Shown here one piece after another: positions 36,374-49,866 of a stretch of DNA of 64,000 bases (position 1 is the stretch's first letter; the number at the start of each line of letters is the position of its first letter). This DNA comes from Malacoraja senta (lineage: Eukaryota): positions 20,524,001 through 20,588,000 of the forward strand of contig CM075988.1 in assembly GCA_038087875.1 (NCBI GenBank), in the 5' to 3' direction. A program made the translations under genes and the position numbers. The notes below the pieces were generated by a model, which worked only from the letters and a program-made list of their open reading frames with translations, was not told where the DNA came from and searched no databases.

Positions 36374-37581
36374 TAATAGTTTGACTTCTGTCATTGGGAA
36401 AGTGCTGGAAATAATCATTAAAGAAGTGGTAACAGGACATTTAGAAAATCACAACGCAATCAGGCAGACTCAAAGTGGTTTTATGAAAGAAGAAACATAT
36501 TTGAAATACAGTGCGGAAACAGGCCATTCGGCAACGCAAGTCCACACCGACCAGCGATCAACCATACACTAGCACTATTTGTGTTTTTCAAAGTGGTAAC
36601 AAACAGCATCGATCGGGGTGAGCTAGTAGATGCAATATAGTTGGATTTCCAAAAGGTGTCGGAAAATATACCATTTCTGCTTCCTGCAACATGTAAATGG
36701 TATCAGCAAGCTGGGAAACTCTTGGAAGAGTTACTGAATTTAATTTATTTTTAAAAAGTGTTACTTATCCACATAGTTTGATCTTTCTTTAAGGAACGCA
36801 TCAGTGACTGGTATGTTCGGTACACATTACATCTACATAGGCAGACTTCGATTGGGCAAGGAACAGGGACAAGCAAAGAGGGATAACAGCAGAAAGTATA
36901 TTAAAGTCTTAAAATTTTCCCAGGGAAACACTAAATATTACAAAGGCAGTCTTTGTCTCCTTCTTAAATAAGTGGTTTCTTTAGATTTTATTCTAGCAAA
37001 TATTGGAAAATAAGTTGTAGTGGCCAAACACGCTACAAATTAACTAAATTGAATTCATATGTTTCTCCAACAATCATCTGTTTCCTATTTGCTCTGTGCT
37101 GGCATAGTCTGGGCACATACTGTACAATGACGGTACTTCAGCAACCCTCTCATTGAGACCACTGTGACAGTAAAAAGCCTAGTACCAATTTTAAGAATTT
37201 ATGGTCTCTGCTGATGTGGACCACTTAATGTGGAAACTAGGGGCCGGAATGGGATTTACTAATTATTCAAATTGCCATTGAGGTTCGAGAGCAAATGGTC
37301 CAAATGAAACTAATCCCAATTGAAAAATTAGTCACATCAAGGCCCTAAAACAACGTCAATTTGAAATTTTTATTCGAAAGTATTTCATCAAGTTTGCTTC
37401 TCATGTTATATGAGGTTTTTCAGTTGCAATAATTTTGTTATATGTTTTGTTTCAATTTGCATAAATACATTCTATAAATTCTATGCAGAAAAGTCAGTTG
37501 AGTATGGAGTTGGTAACATTTCCATTTGGCTGGACTCTCTGGAGTTGGTTTAGCTGCAAGATCTTCGCTACTAAAGGGTGA

Positions 37582-37911
37582 AAGCCCTGTCCCACGGTAC
37601 GAGTTCATTCCAAGAGCTCTCCCGAGTTTGCCCTGATTCGAACTCGGAGATTTACAGTAATGGCCACTCATCGGTACTCGGGGCTCTCATGGACATTTTT
37701 CAACATGTTGAAAAATCTTCACGAGTCTTCCCGCGCTTACCTGCCGTTAGCGAGTCTTCCCGAGTATTTGCCGTTAGCGGTACTAGCCGCTAAGAGACGT
37801 CCCCGAGCTCCGATGTACCCGCTACGTTCATTCTCCGTGCTTACCACTAGTTTGATTTTTTTTAAACTCGGGAGAGCTCTTGGAATGAACTCGTACCGTG
37901 GGACAGGGCTT
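37582..37911. mobile_element. Harbinger/PIF-type MITE, family A copy 2 (330 bp, opposite orientation)
   Basis: TIR AAGCCCTGTCCCACGGTACGAGTTCATTCCAAGAGCTCTCCCGAGTTT. TSD TGA (37579-37581, 37912-37914). Confidence 0.9.
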
Positions 37912-39072
37912 TGAGAGTGGGATTGTAATCAGATCCCTCTGTCTGAAGGCAGTGTGAGTGCAGTCAATCTCTCCAACGTCACTCAGCTTCCCTGATCCAC
38001 CTGTTTCAGAGTTTAATGCACACCTGGTTACAGGCATCCTAACCACCTCTCTGAAGCTTAATCTTCCTCGTTATCCCTCGGTGATGATGCTCTCATTTAC
38101 CATTGAGCATAGAGTCGTAGAGTCATACAGCATGAAAACAGGTCCTTCGGCCCAACTCATCCATGCCGACCAAAATGTCCCATCTAAGCAAGTCCTGTTT
38201 TAATTTAGTTTTGAGATACATTGTGGAAACTTCGCCCTTCAACCCACCGAGTCCGTGCCGATCAGCGATCCTCGTACACTAGCACTATCCTACACAATTT
38301 GAACTACTTAAAGTACAGGTGATGACAATAGACAATAGACAATAGGTGCAGGGGTAGGCCATTCAGCCCTTCGAGCCAGCACCGCCATTCACTGCGATCA
38401 TGGCTGATCCTCCACAATCAGTACCCATTCCCCCCTACCTTTCATCATTCCGTGCTCTAGATACAAAGAATCTCAAAGACCCTTTTGTCCTTCATATGTG
38501 ACTGTCAGCAAATGTTTGATTTGGGAATAGCTCCATCCAAGACCGCAAGAAATTGCAGAGAGTTGTGGACATAGCCCAGATCATTACAGAAACCATCACA
38601 TCACATGTCTAGTCTTTTTGCAAAATGTATAGTCTTTTCTCTTATTGGGTAGCACAGAACAAAAAATATTTCACTGTACCTCGGTACATGTGACACTAAT
38701 ACACTAAACTAAACTAAACATGCATTCGCTTCTTTAGCTTCCTCTGGCTGCTCATTCCAGATATGGACTACCCTGCGAGTGAGAAAATGCCCCTGAGGTC
38801 CATCTTAAATCTCTCCCCTCTCACCTTAAGCCTCCGCCCTCTAGTTTTAGAATCCTCTGCCCAGGGGAAAATAGTGCTTCCAGCATTCTGTATCCTCCAG
38901 CACTGAGCAGCCACACAGACAGCCGAAGCCGATCTCTGTCCGTTCCAACTTCAATCTTATCGTGCGGATTTTCCCTTTCCTTACTCCTTGTAATTAGGTA
39001 GAAACAGCGATGCTGGCAAAAACTAATATTAAAAGATATTATTTTCTCCTGTGGGTTATATTCAGAAATTTA

Positions 39073-39399
39073 TAGCCCTGTCCCACGGTACGAGTTCATT
39101 CCAAGAGCTCTCCCGAGTTTTAAAAAAATCAAACTCGTAAGCACGGAGAATGAACGTAGCGGGTACGTCGGAGCTCGGGGACGTCTCTTAGAGGCTTGTA
39201 CCGCTAACGGCAGGTACTCGGGAAGACTCGCTAACGGCAGGCAAGCACGGGAAGACTCGGGAAGATTTTTTAACATGTTGAAAAATGTCCACGAGAGCCC
39301 CGAGTACCGACGAGTGGCCATTACCGTAAATCTCCGAGTTCGAATCAGGGCAAACTCGGGAGAGCTCTTGGAATGAACTCGTACCGTGGGAGAGGGCTT
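39073..39399. mobile_element. Harbinger/PIF-type MITE, family A copy 3
   Basis: Same TIRs and interior as 11676-12005. Flanks are TTA/TAA (imperfect TSD). Confidence 0.85.
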
Positions 39400-40275
39400 T
39401 AAATGAGCTGGAAATTCTTTTTCAAGGTTATCAAATTAGAAGAGATGAGAACTAAGTAATTTCACTTAATATCAGGCTGAAAATGTCAGGCTGAAAAAGT
39501 TTAGTTTAGTTTATTAATGTTACATGTTACATGTACATGTACAGTGAAAAGCTTTTGTTTGCTATCCAGTCAAGGAAAGGACTATACATGATTATAATCA
39601 AGCCATCCATAGTACATGGGTGCATTTTATAATCTCATATTCCTCCATAAGGTCACCTCTTAGCCTCCTCCATTCCAAGGAAAACAAGCCCAGCCTATTC
39701 AATCACACGACATAACTGGAGCCCTCCTACCCAGGCAACTTCCTGGTGAATCTCCTCTGCACTCTTTCCAATACAATCACATATTTATACTGGGGTGATC
39801 AGATCTGCAGATAATACTCTGTACAGTCTAATGGTGTTTGGCAATGAAACATCCCAACTTTTATATTCTCTGCTACAATCTGTGAAGTTAAGCCTTCTTC
39901 ATCTTCCCATCGACCTGTATTAACATTGAGAGAACTACGGGCTTAAACTTTAAGGTCCTTCTGTTCGTCAAGATTCCTTGGCAGACTATCATTTACTCTA
40001 TACATCCACCTCATTTGGCTTCCCAGATTGATCTCCTCTGCCTACATGTTATCAACATCCCTCCATTACCTGCATATCCATTTGCCCAACTAAAAGCCTC
40101 ATAAACATCACTATCACATCTGCCTTCACCACCACTCCTGGCAGCAATTTACAAGCACTCAACACTGTCTGTGTAAAAAAGCCTGCCCCGCACATCTCTT
40201 CATAATTTGCTCCTCTTGCCTTAGAGCTATGCCCTCTACTTTTTTACATTTCTACCATGTCTACTCTATCGTTAT

Positions 40276-40770
40276 CGAAAGTAGACAAAAAATGCTGGAG
40301 AAACTCAGCGGATGAGGCAACATCGATGGAGAGCAGGAATAGGTGACGTTTCAGGTCGAGACCCTTCTTCAGATTGATGTCGGGGGAGGGCTGGAAAAAG
40401 AAAGGAAGCAGGAGGAGACAGTAGGACTGTGGGAGAACTGAGAAGGGGAGGGGAAGGAGGGAGAAAGCAAGGGCTATCTAAAATTAGAGAAGTCAATGTT
40501 CATACCACTGGGGTGTAGACTACCCAAGCGAAATATGGGGTGCTGTTCCTCCAATTTGCGCTGGGCCTCACTCTGACAATGGAGGAGGCCCAGGACAGAA
40601 AGGTCAGATTGGGAATGGGAGGGGGAGTTGATGTGCAGGGCTACCGGGAGATCAGGTTGGTTAAGACGGACTGAGCGGAGATGTTCAGCGAAACGATCGC
40701 CGAGCCTGCGCTTGGTCTCACCGATATGGAGTTGACACCTGGAACAGTGGATGCAGTAGATGAGGTTGGA
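40276..40770 (-). mobile_element. Penelope-like element 3' end: GIY-YIG endonuclease C-terminus + pseudo-LTR with hammerhead core
   Basis: Open minus frame 40770-40474: SNLIYCIHCSRCQLHIGETKRRLGDRFAEHLRSV..PVALHIN..RKLEEQH.IFRLGSLHPSGMNIDF*. Followed by a pyrimidine tract and CTGAAGAAGGGTCTCGACCTGAAACGTC (40372-40345). Confidence 0.9.
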
Positions 40771-41652
40771 TCTATGCCTCTAATTATTTTAAATACTTCT
40801 ATCTACCATCAAACTCTGACAATACATAGAAAACAATCCAAGTTTGTCCAACCTCTCCTTGTAGCTAATACTCTCGAATACAGGCAGTATTCTGGTAAAC
40901 CTCTTCTGCATCTGCTCCAAAGCCTCCACATCCTTCCTATAATGGGGCGACCAGAACTACACGCATTCTTGGTCTGTGAGGTCACCAGCTGCTCGAAGGA
41001 TGCTAGACACACGTCAAAGGTGAACTGAGTGACATTTCACATGTGATAATACATTATCAATCAAACATAAGATAGATCTGATAGTCTGAAGATAGGTCGC
41101 AACCCAAAACGTCACCTATTCCTCCACTCCAGTGATGCTGCCTGTCCCGCTGAGTAATTCCAGCATTTTGTGTCTATCTTCGGTTTAAACCAGCAGTTCC
41201 TTCCTACACAATCAATCAAACATGCTGGGGAAAATAGCCCTAAGTGATCGGGAATGATCTTCCCAACTCCTAGACCACACGGTTCAATCCTGCGAAATAT
41301 CAGTAAGCCTCATTATCCCAAATTTCCAAGGCTTGATTTTGCTGAAAATTAAGGAAGCGCAGAACATTTCTTAAGTCTTTAATATTCTTGGCATAAACAC
41401 AAGGCGGTGCATTGTTTGGGAGGCAGAAAGGGTTTCCTCATCACCATCTAATGCACTCAAGATCTGAAATCCAGTAATGTGTTTGATTGAGAAGTCAAGG
41501 CCAATTTAATCTGTGATTGAGATTCAAATAAAATAATGTCTCAAACAGGCAGGTGGTAGAAACTATAGATCTAAACATGGAATGAAATAGAAATATTTTA
41601 TAACAGCCTCATGATACATTCTTCCCCCAGCAAGGAATGAATTGAATTCGGT

Positions 41653-41820
41653 TACTCCAGCTTTTTGTGTCGACCTTCGATACTCCAGCTTTCTGTGTCG
41701 ACCTTCGATACTCCAGCTTTCTGTGTCGACCTTCGATACTCCAGCTTTCTGTGTCGACCTTCGATACTCCAGCTTTCTGTGTCGACCTTCGATACTCCAG
41801 CTTTCTGTGTCGACCTTCGA
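41653..41820 (+). repeat. Six tandem 28-bp units derived from the PLE pseudo-LTR tail
   Basis: Unit TACTCCAGCTTTCTGTGTCGACCTTCGA. Flanked by GAATTGAATT (41639-41648, 41819-41828). Confidence 0.9.
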
Positions 41821-42027
41821 ATTGAATTGCTGCTTTGTTTATAGACACAAAATGCTGGAGTAACACAGAAGGACAGGTAGCAACTCTGGAGAGAAGGAAA
41901 GGGTGACATTTCGGCTCAAAACCCTTCTTCAGACTGAGAGTCAGAGGAGAGGGAAACTAGAGATATTGTATGAGGGGTACAAAGAGAAAAGTTGCTGCTT
42001 TGTTTGCCTGGGTATGAAATTGTACAC

Positions 42028-42122
42028 AATTCATAATTATCCTATTCACTGCTGGCGTCTACCTTTGAAAGTACAGTGATTGGTAAATCAAGAGTTAGCA
42101 GTGAATAGGATGATTATGAATT
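42028..42122. other. Isolated hairpin / inverted repeat with 26-bp arms
   Basis: AATTCATAATTATCCTATTCACTGCT (42028-42053) vs AGCAGTGAATAGGATGATTATGAATT (42097-42122), one mismatch. Confidence 0.85.
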
Positions 42123-43844
42123 TTGTTCTTATCACACCACACATTTGTGGCATCATTAGTGATTTTGCCTCATTGTATTAGATGGTAGTCCGGTCCATCC
42201 ACTATTCCCTGCTTTTCAAAGGCAGTCTTGTGTTTATCCACAAGCTGTTTGTCCATGTTTCAGCTAACCAATCTGTGCACAAGTGCTGTACATACTCAAC
42301 AGGTCAGGCAGCAACTGTGGAGAGAGAAAATGCTTAAGTCAATGATCCAGTGCATTTCTTTGTGGAGAAAAGGATGCTGGCACATATATCAATTAAAAGT
42401 AAATTAATCAATATTTTTTTCCCATTAATATACCGAATGTTGAGGACAATTTAACTTATAATATTATACATGAATACAATCAAGTCGAGCTCAAGTACAA
42501 TAAGTAGGGTAAAGAGAAAGATACAATGTGCAGAAGATAGTTCTCAGCATTGTAGTGCAACAGTTCCTAAGAAAAACGTTAAATGTTTGCAATGAAAGGA
42601 GCAATCAGAAGCATGAAAACAGAAGGGAAGAAACTATTCCTAAGTCTGATGGTGCATGTTTTCAAGTTTCTGTGTCTTCTAGCGATGGGAGAGGGGAGAA
42701 GACGGAATAGCCGGGGTGGGAATGGTGGAGGGAACTGGAGCACCCGGAGAAAACCCATGCACTCACAGGGAGAACTGACAAACTCTGTACAGACTGCAGC
42801 CGTAGCCACGATCGAACCCGGATCTCTGGCGCTGTAAGGCAGCAACTCTACTGCTGGGCCATCTGCCACCAAAGTGATTCCTATTCTCCCATCCCTTTAA
42901 AGTTGCCCCATGAGCTATTATAGGAGCTAAAGTTGCTAAAGCTGAAGCTAAACTTGCCCCATAAGTGGTTCAAGGACCACGAGAGGTGGGCATTTAGGAG
43001 TGACCCAACCTGTGATGCCTGCATGAAATAAGTCGCATTGCATGGGCTTGCTCTCTGCAAGGGTTGTACAGGTGAGAGGTTAAGGAGATAGCGAAGCAAT
43101 AGAGGTATTTGAAGGCTTTGGAACGGGTTGATTATAGCTCTGGGAACATACAGCAGGGGTTATGGCTGAACGGGTTGTACTTTGCTTCAGCGCGGGCAGC
43201 AATATTTCAGATGGGCTCACGTTTCACTAAATTTACCTCGAGGATTTCCCTCACCGCAGTTTCCTTCCTTCAATATTTAATCTTGTGGTTCTTCTTTAAA
43301 CTGTCCCGAGGGCTTGAATGGCTCTGTATTATGTTGCTAACATGACGTGGATTCTGTTCTTGAGGTTGAACCCAGATATTTCTTTCAATGACTGACTGTA
43401 GAGGTTAGTTGGTTTCTTCTCACCATTTGAACACCACTTTTGTCAACATTCTCATTATTTAAATTCATTCCTTATTATTTCAGAGATTTAAATGATTAAC
43501 TACAAATAATTATTATTTTCTCTTGAAATCACTGTGTTATTGTAGCTATTAACTTCTGCCAACTAGTTTAAACTTTCTAGTCATAGGGTCATAGACTCAT
43601 AGAGTCACACAGCAAAGAAACAGGCCCTTTGGCCCATCTTGCCCACATCGGCCAACATGTCCCAGCTGCACTAGTCCCACCTGCCTGCATTTGGATTATA
43701 TTCCTCTGAACCTGTCCTATCCATGTACCTGTCTAATTGTTTCTTAAACTTTGCAACAGTCCCTGCCTCAACTGCCTCCTCTGGCAGCTCTTTCCATGCA
43801 CCCATCACCCTTTGTGTGAAACAGTTACCACTCAGATTCCTATT

Positions 43845-44063
43845 GTTTAAGAAAGAACTGCAGATGCTGGAAAAATCAAAGGTAGACAAAAATGCTGGAG
43901 AAACTCAGCGGGCGAGGCAGCATCTATGGAGCGAAGGAATAGGGGACGTTTCGGATCGAGAGCCTTCTTCAGACTGAAGAAGGGTCTCAACCCGAAACGT
44001 CACCTATTCCTTCGCTCCATAGATGCTGCCTCACCCGTTGAGTTTCTCCAACATTTTTGTCTG
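43845..44063. mobile_element. Palindromic PLE-derived unit with two back-to-back hammerhead cores, inserted in a CR1 fragment (43585-44150, minus)
   Basis: Symmetry centre at 43973 (cttcag-a-ctgaag). 15-bp TSD ACTCAG(A/G)TTCCTATT at 43830-43844 and 44064-44078. Confidence 0.85.
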
Positions 44064-47000
44064 ACTCAGGTTCCTATTAAATCCTTTCCCCTTCACATTA
44101 AACCGATGTCCTCTGGTATTTTCGATTCCCGTACTCTGGGCAAGTTTTTATAAATTATCTCTGCCAGATAATTTTATCATGATCAGGCCAAATGGTTTAT
44201 CACTAGAAGTCTTTTATCACCAGCATAGCAATGTCATTGTGCAGTCAATAATGTGTCAGTATCTCCTAGAAAACTGTAAACAATTTGTAAAAGGCAGTGA
44301 GGGATTAAATGTGGAAGGAGATTAGTCGCTAATTTCTGAGAGTGGTAGACACTGCCTGGCAAAGGCACAGGGACCTGACCTGCCCCACCATCAAAGGTAT
44401 CTACAGAGGAGGTGCTGCCTCAAAGTGGCAGCCAATAGCATCAAAACCCATACCACCCTTGCCACCCTCCAATCTCACTGCTACCATCGAGAAGAAGATG
44501 CAGAAGCCTGAGAACTGATCTACAGGTTCAATAACAGCATATTCCCCACAATCATCATGTTCTTTAACGCTGCACAACATTCACCGCTACTCTACCTCAG
44601 AAATTACTAAGGACTTTGTTTTGGTTGCATATGATTTTATATTTATCTTAACTTTTAATATTTATTCACAGGGCTTGGACAATATATGTTGTGCTTCAAT
44701 TATGGTCCATTGCTGGGACACTGTAAAGACAGTTCTCTGTGTCTCTAGGATGTTTAGTTTAGAGATACAACATGGAATCAGGCTCTTCGGCTCACCGCGT
44801 TCAAGCCGACCAGCGATCATCTGTAAACTAATTCCAACCTACACACACGAGGGACAATTTAACGAACCCAATTAACTTACAAACCTGCACGCCTTTGGAA
44901 TGTGGGCAGAAACCGGAGCACCCAGTGAAAACCCACGTGGTCACGTATACCAACTCCATACAGAGAGCACCTGTAGTCAGGATCGAACGCTGTAAGGCAG
45001 CAACTCTACCACTACACCACGGTGCCTCCCCAATGTGATTGGAGTTACATGTAGGCTATACAAGGTTAGGACAACAGAGTTCCTTCTCTGGATCTTTGTG
45101 AACCAGATGGCCTTTCGCAAGAATCCGATAGTTTCAAGGCTACTGTTAATGCGACTGGCGTCCTTTTATATATAAAAAAGTCAACATTTATTTAGTCCCT
45201 GGAATTTAAACTCCCCAGCTGCAGTGGTGAGATCCAAAATCACATCTCCAGATTAACGGACCAGGTCTCTGGGTACAAGTCTGGTAACTTAACCGCTTCA
45301 CTGGTTTATAACTGTGCAGTGTTTATCCCATGCAATGCAGAACTGATTTAGAGTGAAAGAATATCACATTCTGATTTTATGACTGAGTGAGCTGATATGC
45401 TTCTTAATTTTTAAGGGAATGCATTCTGTGACGGAACTGAACTGAACACAATGCCTTTGCTTTATCTTCATTTATCTAAGTGTGTGATCTTACCTTGCCA
45501 TCTCTGACTGGGAAAGGTGCTGAGATTTACATGCTGGATACTCCTGGGCCTATGTTTCCTCCCAATAACCATTATGCTCTTGATCACAACAAAACACAAA
45601 CTAAACTAGGAACTATAGACTCTCTTTGGTTGCACCAGGGACATTGGGCTTTTTTTGCACGAGAGTAGGGTAATTAATTTATTGATTTATTTTTGATCAT
45701 GAGTATTGTGTATATTGACCCTTTAAGCTGCTGAAGTAAGAATCTCATTCTTCTGTTGTTGGTCATATGACAATGAACCATTCTGGACAGGCTCCATGCT
45801 GGTGGGGGGGAGGTGTGGGAATCCAAACGGCACAGTGGCGCAGCGGTAGAGCTGCTGCCTTGCAGCGGTGGAGTTGCTGCCTTACAGCGCCAGAGACCCA
45901 AAGCGCTTGATACTTTGCTCGGGTGCTATCTGTGAGGAGTTTGTGCGTTCTCCCTGTGACTGCATGGGTTCCCTCCGGGTGCTCCGGTTTCCCCCCACAT
46001 CCCAAAGGCGTGCGGGTTTGTAGGTTAAATGGCCTCTACAAATTGTCCCTAGTGTGTTGGGAGTGGGTGTGAAAATGAACCGTGGAACTGGTTAATGGAA
46101 TAGTTAGTGAAGGAAAGGGTGGTGGGAAGGGGGGGGAAACGAGGGGAGGGGGAGGAGAATTATCATCTGATGTATGTTCTCCTGTCACATTCAACTCCTG
46201 ATTTGTCAGTACATAGGATGCTGAGACTGAGTTGTACCCACAGTTCTACATTGATTTTGTTCACCGTTCACATCCAAATAATGAATGCACCATGACGATG
46301 CTTTCAAACTTGGGTTACAAGCTGTGCTTCATAAGATTCTTATTAAGTAGGGCTGAGATCAATTGAATTAGACAGTAATGGGACAAGTTTACAAGACTCT
46401 GCTGAATAAGTTAAAACAAAAAGTAAGTTATAGTCAGTGAATGGGCCGGAATGATACTTGGTTTGCAGGGTTTATCATATTTCTGATGGTGTTCAACAAA
46501 CTTTAAGTCGATCATGAGCATCCAGTAACAGGATATAAGGGTCCTGACCCAAAATATCACCCATCCTTTTTCTCCAGCGATGCTGCCTGACCTGTTGAGT
46601 TACTCCAGCACTTTGTGCCTGTCTTTGGTATAAACCAGCATCTGCAGTTCTTTGTTTCTACAGTATATTTGTTATTTGCTTTACCCTATGAGGCGATTCC
46701 TGTTGGTTTTATTAGCTTTTATTGGCTGGATCGTAATTGTTTATGTGATGAAGGTGTGGAAAATGGAAGAGATGTTTTGCCAGTAGATTGGTTGTTGATA
46801 TGATGTAATGTGGTTCACGAGGAAATTGCTTGGCTTAAGGTCTGTGGTGTATCTAGGTACTTTTGCCAATCCTCTGCAAAGGGCAGACTTACTGCATAAA
46901 CATCGGGCACTCAAACTTTTCTGTCTACTCTCCTGGTGGAGATAATGGCACAAATATCTTCAACAGATTAATGCCCCTATGATTGATATAATGATCAAAA

Positions 47001-47127
47001 GATTCCGGCAAATGACTGAGCTAAGAATCTCATAGGACATAGAACAGTGCAGCACAAGAACTGACCTTTGGCCCACTATGTCATTGTCAAACATAATACA
47101 TGATCAGCTAATTACCTCTGTCTGCAG

Positions 47128-47655
47128 ATCAAGTCAAGTCAAGTCAACTTTATTTGTCACATACACATACAAGATGTGTAGTGAAATGAAAGTGGCAATG
47201 CCTGCGGATTGTGCAAAAACTACAGAACAGAATCCGTATTTACATGTTAGAAAGAATTCTTTACTAAAGACACAACACAACAGTAAATGAGTACAGTAAA
47301 TTAGTCCCTGGTGGGATAAGAGTTTACATTCCTGATGGCCTGTGGGAAGAAACTCCGTCTCATCCTCTCTGTTTTCACAGCATGACAGCGGAGGCGTTTG
47401 CCTGACCGTAACAGCTGGAACAGTCTGTTGCTGGGGTGGTAGGGGTCCCCCATAATGGTACTGGCTCTGAATCTGCACCTCCTGGTGTAAACGTCCTGCA
47501 GGGGGGCGAGTGTAGTTCCCATAGTGCGTTCGGCCGAACGCACTACTCTCTGCAGAGCCTTCAGGTCCTGGGCTGAACTGTTCCAAAACCAGTTTGTGAT
47601 GTTGCCGGACAAGATGCTTTCTACAGCCGCAGAGTAGATGCACTGAGGGATCCCC
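47128..47655 (-). mobile_element. Rex1/Babar-like LINE 3' fragment
   Basis: Encodes YSAAVESILSGNIT.WF..LQRVVRSAE..HPSNRLFQLLRSGKR..SFFPQAIR, with a (GACTT)n tail. Confidence 0.85.
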
Positions 47656-47659
47656 AGAG

Positions 47660-48105
47660 ATAATCCATATCCCTCCAATCCCCGCATATACTTACGCCTG
47701 TCTGAAACCATCTTAAATGCCACTAACGTATCTTCCTCCACCATCGCCCCCAGCAGCAAGTTCCAGGCACCACCATCCTCTGTGTAAAAAACTTGCCTTG
47801 CACATCTTCTTAAATCCTTGCCCTTTCTCCATGGGCTCTAGTCTTTGACATTTCCACTCATGGAGAAAAAGGTCCTATGTCTCTCATAATTTGATCTCGG
47901 GCCTCCCCTCAATCTCTGATGCTGCAGAGAACACAATCCAAGTTTGTCCAATCTCTTCTTAGAGCTAATGCCCTCTAATCCAGGCAACATTCTAATAAAG
48001 CTCTTCTGCACCATTTCCAAAACCTCTACATCCTTTCTGTATTGAGGTGACCAGAGCCTCATACAATACTCCAAATGCAACCCAACCAAAGTCCCATAAA
48101 GCTGC
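47660..48105 (-). mobile_element. CR1-like LINE fragment
   Basis: Encodes HLEYCMRLWSPQYRKDV..MLPGLEGIS..RLDKLGL. Confidence 0.8.
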
Positions 48106-49039
48106 TACAAAGTCTCGCAAGAAAACTAGGGACTGAAATTAGTTCAGTCGTGAGTGAATGCAACACTGCCAATCCTGCCTTGTTCTCAAACTAAGATCCC
48201 ATCTATTTCTCCACTGATCCAAAGGCACTATTTCAAAGGACTGCCTTTCCTAATATTTATTTCCCAGCAGATGACAGTGAAATAAATTATTGACGATCAT
48301 CACACTGTTGTGAGTGGGAGATTTCTCTGCACAAAATGGTTACCCCTTTCATAGGAACGAGGAACTTCAGGAGCTGGATTTCACAAAACGACACAAAGTG
48401 CTGGAGTAACGCAGTGGGTCATGCAGCAACTCTGGAGAACATGGATCGGTGACGTTTCGGGTCAGGACCCTTCTTCAGACATTATCATATCTGCCTCTTC
48501 CAGGCAGCATGTTCCAGTCACCACCATTCTCTGTGTAAAACAAATTTGCCCTGTAAACCCCTTTAAACTCCACCCCTCTTGCCTTAAAGCTATGGCCTCT
48601 TGTCTTTGCCAGTTTCACCTGGGAAAAAGGTTCTAATAGTCTATCCTATCTATGTACCTCCTAAAATTTGTATACTTCTACAGGTCTCCCTGTAACCTCC
48701 GATACTCCAGAGAAAAGAATGCAAGTTTGACCAATCTCTCCATTTGCTGCACGAGATCACTGTTCAAAAGTAAACTATGAGATTACATAGACCTGGGAAT
48801 ACAAAATGTGCGATGGAAATGCAAATTTTTATTGTGATGACGTAGCAGTTGCAAACAGCACCTTTTGGTGGTGGAACTCAGCCAATGACTTGTTGCTGTT
48901 CTTGGATATTCTCAGCCTGACCACTTCCTTTGCACAGCTCCCTCCTTCCCCAACTCTGAGTGCCCAGGAGGCCCTTTCTGGGAGGGATGTCTCCGAATGC
49001 CAAGTTCTCTCCGACCACCCTCCTCAACAACACCACATC

Positions 49040-49255
49040 TACCTTAAAAACACATCAGTCAAGCCCTCAAATTGTGTTTCTGATTTTCTTTTTTGTGTTT
49101 TTGGAAGGAATTCTGTCCCTGATTTGTGTAATGGCCTTTATAACTTATTTTTTTAATTCTGATTATATGTTAACCATAAATCTCTGTAAGGTGTCCTTGA
49201 GACCTCGGTATAAGGCGCCCATAAATAAAATTCATTATTATTATTATTATATTAT
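49040..49255 (+). mobile_element. L2-like LINE 3' end
   Basis: LKTH-like coding end and 'tgtaaggtgtccttgag..aggcgcccataaataaaa' followed by an (ATT)n tail. A second copy lies at ~58912-59043. Confidence 0.6.
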
Positions 49256-49866
49256 TTCATCACTTCATCACCAGAGGTTCCTTTAACCCTCTCCATGAAT
49301 ACTCCATCCATTTTTAATCATCTTATTTTACGTACTCTACAAATTTAATGGATCAGTGTTGGCCATTGAGCTCTGCTGCTCATGTGAGAAGAGTTCCTTT
49401 TTTTCTCTGATGAATGGCATAACTGCCCACAAACCCAGGTCTGCTGTGTATATTCTGACTGGCTGAAGATGTGAACATACACAGTGCACCAGGCTTCCCA
49501 CTTCCAGAACTTTCAATGGGATCATTTTGCTGGATTCAGGCTGTGGGATGTGGGAGAAAACCCTCATGGTCACAGGAAGAAGGTGCAAACTCCATACAGA
49601 CAGCACCCGAGGTCAGGATCGAACGTGGTTTTCTGGCGCTGTGAGACTGCAGTTCTACCTGCTGCGCCACTGTGCCATAGCTTATACTGAAAAGATCAGT
49701 TTTGGATTGAAGAGGTTATACATCCGTGCAAAAGCACCAAGAGAATTGGCTTGGTTTAAAGCAGTATTTTTCAGAAATATTGTTGCTACCCCATAACTTA
49801 TTATTTCCACAGAGATAAACTGGAGTTTGGCTTTGGCTGTATCCTACAGAGGCTGTTGACAAGTTA

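Noticed and set aside
41653..41820. CRISPR-like 28-bp repeats
   Set aside because: Units are contiguous with no spacers, there are no cas genes, the context is vertebrate, and the unit derives from the PLE repeat.
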